DNA of 64,000 bases, from contig JAWLHB010000023.1 in the NCBI GenBank assembly GCA_041690595.1, positions 1 to 64,000 of the forward strand, in the 5' to 3' direction. Shown here piece by piece: positions 56,776 to 64,000 of the stretch. Source of the stretch: Lentisphaeria bacterium. GTDB taxonomy: Bacteria; Verrucomicrobiota; Lentisphaeria; JABSQK01; JAWLHB01. The position numbers and the translations under genes were made by a program. The notes beneath the pieces are model-generated. The model did no database searches. It saw only the letters and a program-made list of their open reading frames with translations, and was not told the origin of the DNA. Each line of letters starts with the position of its first letter. Position 1 is the stretch's first letter.

Positions 56776-58479
56776 ATGACTACCACAACAATCCATGTGA
56801 TCGATTGGCAACAGGAGTGGGATGAAGCCGCCGGGATGTGGCAACAGACGAGCGGGCACACACGGCCGGTAGCCCATCTCGACAGGGTACACTCCGGCCC
56901 AGATGCCGCAAGCCGATTGCTGCTCGCCGCGCAGACCGGGCAGCTTGACCAGATCGACGCAAGGCGCATACTGCAACGCTTGCGGGAGATGCAGGTGACC
57001 GACCACGGCCAACAACAAGGCTGTCTGTGCTGGTACCAGGAAGAAGAGCACCCCGTGGACACCAACGCCTCCTTCTTCACCGGCCTTTCCCTGATCGTGC
57101 TCTGGCAGGAGTATCGCGAGCAGCTCAGCGACGACGAGCGAACCATCCTTGCCGACATGCTGCGCGGGCTGTACACGTGGTTCAAGCATGCTGCAAGCGA
57201 AAAGTCGTGGTTCTACCCGAACAAATACCTTGGCGACCTGACCTGCGTCTGGCTGCTGTGCGAGATCACGGCAGGAGAGGCGGCAGAACTGCCGGAAGAG
57301 TCGACGCAACTGGCCACCCTCATGCTCGAAGCCGCGGCCTACTGGCGCAGCCACGGCTGGGGATGGGGCGAGCACCTCAGCGACGGGTACAGCAAAGTGT
57401 GCCTGGACGAGCTTTCGCTGCTTTTGCTCTCGGCACGGCGTCTACCCGACGCGGTGCGCACAGCGTACAAGGCACTCTTCGACAACCTGCTGGCCATCGG
57501 CGATGCTTTCGATGGCGGCCCGCGAGTGCCGGCACTCCGTTCCTACGCCTTCCTCACAACCCCCAGCGGCAGCAACTACCGAGAGACCATACATCCACTA
57601 CCCCGCGAGATCGACATCCGGGAGATCCGAAACTGCCCGCGGCTCGGGCACACCTTTCATCAGCTTGGCTGGCAACAGCTGGCTCCACCCAAAACGCGGC
57701 CGACTACCAATGTAACGGTGCCGTGCTTCGGGGGCGCCAATGCGCAGGCACACATAGAGGCTGACATCCGGCTCGGCTCCGTCTCCTGCTTTCCGCTCAT
57801 GCCAAGCATCGAGCATTTCACCCACGGTCTTGCCTGGCAGAGCATGCCCGTGGCGCTCTCGCGTCCAGAGAAGAGCTGGGCGTTTCTGCAATGGGAAGCC
57901 GCCGAAGGAGATCGCGTACGCAGTCACCCCGCAGAAGATGTGAAGACGACCTACCTTGGAAATGCCCTGACAGAAGCGGTGCATCCACCTATCGTCGGGC
58001 GAACGTGGAGTCTGCAGCGGGGGAATGGCTTGATCGCCCTGCGCATCATGCCGGTACTGTCGATGCAGTGGACGCACCTCGCCGATCGCCTGAGGATCAT
58101 CGGCGAGGCCGGGGAATGCGAGAGCCATACAGAGGAGAACTGGCACCAGCTGGTGGTACGCTGGGGAGAGCGGGAGGTGAGCATTCACTGCCTCCCCCTC
58201 AGCATCGACGCGGCGCCCATGCTGACCACAAGCGCGAAAGCGACGGATTGGGGGCTCACCTACACGCAGGAGCAGCTACGGGGCAAGCGCTTGATCGCCA
58301 CGATCTGGGCAATCTCACTCGCGGGTCGAATCGATGCGCCACCCAAGCTTCAGCAGCTCCAGGCCGATCCCGCCATACCGCGTTCCGCCGAGGAACAGGT
58401 GCATCGTTTAAGCTGGGCCTGGCCCGACGGCGACTGGGATCTGACCGTGGATCCGCTGGCGCCCGCGTTGGGCACCTGA
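56776..58479 (+). CDS. Hypothetical protein, helical N-half and beta C-half (lyase/hydrolase-like)
   Basis: Long ORF 6 bp after the aldolase; DTNASFF, YPNK and WGEHLSDGY segments. Confidence 0.7.
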   Translation: MTTTTIHVIDWQQEWDEAAGMWQQTSGHTRPVAHLDRVHSGPDAASRLLLAAQTGQLDQIDARRILQRLREMQVTDHGQQQGCLCWYQEEEHPVDTNASFFTGLSLIVLWQEYREQLSDDERTILADMLRGLYTWFKHAASEKSWFYPNKYLGDLTCVWLLCEITAGEAAELPEESTQLATLMLEAAAYWRSHGWGWGEHLSDGYSKVCLDELSLLLLSARRLPDAVRTAYKALFDNLLAIGDAFDGGPRVPALRSYAFLTTPSGSNYRETIHPLPREIDIREIRNCPRLGHTFHQLGWQQLAPPKTRPTTNVTVPCFGGANAQAHIEADIRLGSVSCFPLMPSIEHFTHGLAWQSMPVALSRPEKSWAFLQWEAAEGDRVRSHPAEDVKTTYLGNALTEAVHPPIVGRTWSLQRGNGLIALRIMPVLSMQWTHLADRLRIIGEAGECESHTEENWHQLVVRWGEREVSIHCLPLSIDAAPMLTTSAKATDWGLTYTQEQLRGKRLIATIWAISLAGRIDAPPKLQQLQADPAIPRSAEEQVHRLSWAWPDGDWDLTVDPLAPALGT

Positions 58480-58489
58480 CGGAGCGCTT

Positions 58490-58810
58490 TCAACCCGGTT
58501 CATGCTGAAGGCGAGAGGCCGATGCCAGTTCCCGGGCCTCCGCCTCCGTATCCGCCTCGCTGCAGAGATCCGCAAGGACGACCACCCCGGTGGGGCTGAC
58601 CTCCACGATGCCGCCCTCCACCGCGAACCATGACGTCTCACCCTGGCCGCGCACCTTCATGACACCGCGGCCAAGGGCAGCCAGCATCGGCGCATGATGA
58701 GCCATGACGCCGAAATAGCCGTCCGAGCCCGGGGCCATCAGCGAGAGCACCTCTTCATGGAAGATCTCACCCTCGGGCGTGACAATACTGAGGAGGTAGG
58801 AATCGGCCAT
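58490..58810 (-). CDS. atpC: F1 ATP synthase epsilon subunit
   Basis: IVTPEG...GYFGVMAHHAP; last gene of the atp operon. Confidence 0.93.
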   Translation of the reverse strand: MADSYLLSIVTPEGEIFHEEVLSLMAPGSDGYFGVMAHHAPMLAALGRGVMKVRGQGETSWFAVEGGIVEVSPTGVVVLADLCSEADTEAEARELASASRLQHEPG

Positions 58811-58813
58811 CGC

Positions 58814-60259
<1,446 letters not shown>

Positions 60260-60306
60260 TCAGATGATGGTGTAAAAGAGAGGTGCGTCCTGGCGGGAGT
60301 GCACGG

Positions 60307-61188
60307 TCAGAGCGCCTCGGCGCCGGAGATGATCTCGATCAGTTCGGTGGTAATGGCGGCCTGTCGGGCGCGGTTGCGCATCAGGGTGTAATGGTCGATC
60401 ATCTTCTCGCAGTTGGTCGTGGCGTTGTCCATGGACGTCATGCGTGCGCCATGTTCGCCGGCAGCATTCTCCAGGAGAGCGTAGTAGATCTTGAACTTGA
60501 CGGTACGCGGGATGAGCGCCTTGAGCAGTTCCTCCTGAGGCGGCTCGAAGATGTAGTCGAGCGCGGCCGTGGTGGTTGGAAGCTGGCTGGCGCCGGCGAT
60601 CTCGGCCGGCTGAATGGGGAGGATCTTGCGGAAGGTCGGCTCCTGACTGAGCGGGCTGTGGAAGACGTTATAGGCGAGGTAGATCTCGTCATAGCGCCCG
60701 GACAGATATGCCTCGATCAGGTCATCACCGATCATGGCGGCATCGGCAAAGGAGGGGGAGGCGGTCACCCCCTCGTAGTTCTTGTTCAGGAGGCCGCGCC
60801 GGACAAAGTGCATGAAGCCCCGCCGGCCACAGAAGCTCAGGTCGATCTTGCTGTAGTCGTCGCGATGCATTGTCAGCCACTGCTCGACATGACGGATCAT
60901 GCTGTTGTTGAAGGCGCCGCAGAGCCCCTTGTCCGAGGTGTAGACCAGGACGAGAGCCTTGTCGCTGCGTTCGTGCGGGGTCATCAGGGGATGCGCGCCG
61001 GCGTCGACGGAAGCAGCCAGGCGGGCAATGATCTGGTTCAGCCGGTCGGCATACGCCTGGGAGCTGCGCTGGGCATTCTGCGCCTTGCGGAGCTTGCTGG
61101 CGGAGACCATCTTCATGGTCTTCGTCATCTTGAGCGTATTGCTGAGGCTGGCCAGCTTGTTGTTGTATTCGCGGATTCCTTTTGCCAT
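60307..61188 (-). CDS. atpG: F1 ATP synthase gamma subunit
   Basis: TKTMKMVSASKL, DKGLCGAFN, NRARQAAITTELIEI. Confidence 0.98.
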   Translation of the reverse strand: MAKGIREYNNKLASLSNTLKMTKTMKMVSASKLRKAQNAQRSSQAYADRLNQIIARLAASVDAGAHPLMTPHERSDKALVLVYTSDKGLCGAFNNSMIRHVEQWLTMHRDDYSKIDLSFCGRRGFMHFVRRGLLNKNYEGVTASPSFADAAMIGDDLIEAYLSGRYDEIYLAYNVFHSPLSQEPTFRKILPIQPAEIAGASQLPTTTAALDYIFEPPQEELLKALIPRTVKFKIYYALLENAAGEHGARMTSMDNATTNCEKMIDHYTLMRNRARQAAITTELIEIISGAEAL

Positions 61189-61197
61189 GGCGTCGAC

Positions 61198-62709
61198 CTA
61201 CTTGAAGCTTCGCTTGGCTTCGTTCAAGACCTTCTCCAGCTCCGGCTTCACCTCGTCATCCAGCTCCTTCTTCTTGGACAGGAGGCGGGAGAATTCGGCA
61301 AAGGTGGAGTCGAGGAGGTCATTCAGATGCGCCTCGAAATCCCGAACGCGGTTGACCGGGATCTCGTCCAGGAAGCCATTGACGCCGGCATAGATGATCG
61401 CGACCTGCTTGGTCATGGAGAGCGGCTCGTGGACCCCCTGCTTGATGATCTGCATCAGGCGCTGGCCACGCTCGAGCTGTCGGCGGGTGGCGATGTCCAG
61501 GTCGGAGGCGAACTGGGAGAAGGCAGCCAGCTCACGGTACTGGGCGAGGTCGAGGCGCAGCGAACCGGCCGTCTTCTTCATGGCCTTGGTCTGGGCGTCA
61601 CCACCCACGCGGGAGACAGAAAGGCCCGGGTTGATGGCGGGCCGCTGCCCCGAATAGAAGAGGTCGGATTCGAGGAAGATCTGGCCGTCGGTAATCGAGA
61701 TGACGTTGGTCGGGATGTAGGCGGATACGTCACCCGCCTGCGTCTCGATGATCGGCAGAGCCGTAAGGCTGCCGCCGCCATTGGCATCACTCATCTTGGC
61801 GGCGCGCTCGAGCAAGCGGCTGTGCAGGAAGAAGATGTCACCCGGATAGGCTTCACGGCCCGGTGGCCGGCGCAGGAGCAGCGAGAGCTGTCGGTAGGCC
61901 TGTGCCTGCTTGGTCAGATCGTCGAAGATGATCAGCGCGTGGCGACCGCGATCGCGGAAATGCTCCGCCATGGCGGTGCCTGCATAGGGGGCCAGGAACT
62001 GCATGGGCGCGGGATCCGACGCCGTCGCGGCGATGATGGTCGTATATTCCATGGCGCCAAACTTTTTCAGCGTCTCATAGACCTGGACAACGGTCGTCCT
62101 TTTCTGGCCGATGGCGACATAGAAGCAGAAGACGCCCTCCTTGCGCTGGTTGATGATCGTGTCGATCGCCAAGCTGGTCTTGCCAGTCTTGCGGTCGCCG
62201 ATGATCAACTCGCGCTGGCCGCGTCCAATGGGCGTCAGGGCGTCGATGACCTTGATGCCGGTCTGTAGGGGTTCGTGGACATTCTTTCGTTCGATGATGC
62301 CCGGCGCCTTGACCTCGATCAGACGATCCTCGTCCGACTTGATCGGTGGACCGCCGTCGATTGGCCGTCCGAGCGCATCGACGATGCGTCCAAGGAGCCC
62401 CTCGCCGGTGGGAACCGAGGCGATATTGCCGGTACGGCGAACCTGGTCGCCTTCGCGGACCTCGGTATCGGAGCCGAAGATAGCGACGCCGACATTGTCC
62501 TCTTCCAGGTTGAGGGCCATGCCCATGAGTTGATTGCCGAAGTCCACAAGCTCGCCGGACATGACGTTGGCGAGGCCGTGGACGCGGGCGATTCCGTCGC
62601 CGACACTCAGGACGGTGCCGGTCTCATAAGTTTCCGATTTCACGTCGAAATCGGCCAATTGCTTTCGCAGTATGGCTGAGACCTCTTCAGGCTTCAGATC
62701 GATTGCCAT
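61198..62709 (-). CDS. atpA: F1 ATP synthase alpha subunit
   Basis: [28 protein letters not shown]. Confidence 0.99.
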   Translation of the reverse strand: MAIDLKPEEVSAILRKQLADFDVKSETYETGTVLSVGDGIARVHGLANVMSGELVDFGNQLMGMALNLEEDNVGVAIFGSDTEVREGDQVRRTGNIASVPTGEGLLGRIVDALGRPIDGGPPIKSDEDRLIEVKAPGIIERKNVHEPLQTGIKVIDALTPIGRGQRELIIGDRKTGKTSLAIDTIINQRKEGVFCFYVAIGQKRTTVVQVYETLKKFGAMEYTTIIAATASDPAPMQFLAPYAGTAMAEHFRDRGRHALIIFDDLTKQAQAYRQLSLLLRRPPGREAYPGDIFFLHSRLLERAAKMSDANGGGSLTALPIIETQAGDVSAYIPTNVISITDGQIFLESDLFYSGQRPAINPGLSVSRVGGDAQTKAMKKTAGSLRLDLAQYRELAAFSQFASDLDIATRRQLERGQRLMQIIKQGVHEPLSMTKQVAIIYAGVNGFLDEIPVNRVRDFEAHLNDLLDSTFAEFSRLLSKKKELDDEVKPELEKVLNEAKRSFK

Positions 62710-62722
62710 GACCGGTTTCCTC

Positions 62723-63262
62723 TCAAGCGTGTTGAATATTCTGTTCCAGGCGCAGCAGTTGTCCGCGCACACTCAGATCGGTGACCTCGTCGCCAATCTG
62801 AATCGTGAAACCGGCCAAGAGGTCGGCATCGACGATTTCATGGCAGATGATCTGCTTCCCCGTCACGTCGGCAAGCCGACGCTGGATGGCAGCGAGATGC
62901 TCGTCACTGAGCTTCCGGGCCGTGGTGATGGTAGCGTGGGCAAGACCTTTTGCGTCGTCGTTCAGATGATCATGAATGCGGCAGATATCCGGCAGCAGCG
63001 CCAATCGATCCTTCGAAATCAGGAAGTCGAGAAAGCGCTGGGTCAGCGGATGAATGCGTCCCGCAAAGAGAGCCTGCAGGACGTGCTGAGCCTGATCGGC
63101 GGGAATGACCGGATCGGCCACCAGCCGCAGAAGAGGCTCAGACTGAGCGAGCAAGGAGCGGATCTCGGTCAGATCCGCCGCTACCGCGTCGATGCTCTTC
63201 TCTTGCGACGCGAGGTCGAAGAGAGCCTTTGCATATCGTTTTGCCGCAGATTCACTTGCCAT
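62723..63262 (-). CDS. atpH: F1 ATP synthase delta subunit
   Basis: [21 protein letters not shown]...D.S. Confidence 0.95.
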   Translation of the reverse strand: MASESAAKRYAKALFDLASQEKSIDAVAADLTEIRSLLAQSEPLLRLVADPVIPADQAQHVLQALFAGRIHPLTQRFLDFLISKDRLALLPDICRIHDHLNDDAKGLAHATITTARKLSDEHLAAIQRRLADVTGKQIICHEIVDADLLAGFTIQIGDEVTDLSVRGQLLRLEQNIQHA

Positions 63263-63264
63263 CG

Positions 63265-63834
63265 TCAGATCTCTTTGATCAACTTGTCTACCAGTGCCTG
63301 GTTTCGAGCGTCATCGAGATTCTCTTCGATGACCTTCGATGCCAGTTGAATGGCGATACGGCCGCTTTCGCGGCGCAGTTCGGCCCGGGCGCTGTCGGCC
63401 GCGCTTTTGATTTCGCGGCGGGCATTCTCGAGCATGATCTGCGATTCGTCTTTAGCTTTGTCCTGGATGACACGGGCCGCTTCCCGGGCCGCCTTCCGGC
63501 CTTCTTCGATCAGTTCCTTGGCCTTCTCTTCAGCGGCCAGAATCATCGAATCACGGGTCGCTTCAATCCGGGCCATCTCGGCTCGTGCCTGGTCGGCCTT
63601 CTCGACCCCGTCGCGAATGCTCGCTTCGCGGTCATCGAGGGCGCCCAGAACGGGCTTGAACGCGAACTTGTACAAGATCAGCGCCAGCAGGATAAAGACG
63701 ACCCAGGTCCAGATCACCATCTGAAAGTCGACGCTGCCTCCGCCGTTGCCGCCTTCTTCGGCGGCTCGGCCGGCGAGGGTCGCCAACAGCAGCATGGCGA
63801 TGCCGCACTTGCACTTAAGTCGTTGGTGGATCAT
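63265..63834 (-). CDS. atpF: Fo ATP synthase subunit b
   Basis: TM helix IWTWVVFILLALILYKFAFKPV...R followed by a coiled coil. Confidence 0.95.
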   Translation of the reverse strand: MIHQRLKCKCGIAMLLLATLAGRAAEEGGNGGGSVDFQMVIWTWVVFILLALILYKFAFKPVLGALDDREASIRDGVEKADQARAEMARIEATRDSMILAAEEKAKELIEEGRKAAREAARVIQDKAKDESQIMLENARREIKSAADSARAELRRESGRIAIQLASKVIEENLDDARNQALVDKLIKEI

Positions 63835-63862
63835 TCCTGGTTCTCTTTCGCTTGGCAGCTGC

Positions 63863-64000
63863 TTACTTGATGAAGAGGGTGAGGAGGCAGACGAGCGCAC
63901 AGAAGAGCGCGACGCCTTCGATCATGGCTGCCGCAATGATCATGGCCTTGGTCATATCATTCGACGCTTCCGGTTGACGGGCAATGCTTTGCACCGTCGA
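63863..64000 (-). CDS. atpE: Fo ATP synthase subunit c (3' part, truncated by window; not in ORF track)
   Basis: Manual translation: STVQSIARQPEASNDMTKAMIIAAAMIEGVALFCALVCLLTLFIK*. Confidence 0.95.
   Translation of the reverse strand, partial: STVQSIARQPEASNDMTKAMIIAAAMIEGVALFCALVCLLTLFIK

Noticed and set aside
60283..62268. Long antisense ORFs (also 1273-3222, 15854-18115, 21714-23228, 44638-46941, 55981-57375)
   Set aside because: Shadows of well-supported genes on the opposite strand in GC-rich DNA; no motifs.

Overview
GC-rich bacterial chromosome segment. The gene mix (prepilin-type FTLIELLVV protein, three PhyH-like dioxygenases, two UroD-like proteins, sulfatases, DUF1800/DUF1501) suggests a PVC-superphylum organism, perhaps Lentisphaerae/Kiritimatiellae-like; this is inference. 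Layout: (1) 0.3-7.2 kb, PhyH, a large secreted unknown protein and DUF1800-DUF1501; (2) 7.5-8.9 kb, AT-rich orphan islet with possible Rhs remnants; (3) 9-29 kb, YiiX lipoprotein, DUF2254, ABC system, DUF2089 pair, AraC/UroD, esterase, STAS-cupin fusion, PhyH/AraC, tlyA, MmcB-like protein and tRNA-Val(GAC); (4) 29.2-41.4 kb, a patchwork accessory region downstream of the tRNA with a frameshifted FGE-domain gene, HExxH protein, two sulfatases, Fic, an AbiE type IV toxin-antitoxin pair, an orphan immunity-like gene and ORF6N, with attC-like junction boxes but no integrase; (5) 41.4-58.5 kb, carbohydrate-degradation loci (heparinase II/III-like proteins, prepilin-like protein, GntR-LacI regulator, GH2, PhyH, UroD-like protein, aldolase); (6) 58.5-64 kb, F1Fo ATP synthase operon with atpE truncated by the window edge. 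All family calls come from motif recognition by eye; no database searches were run.
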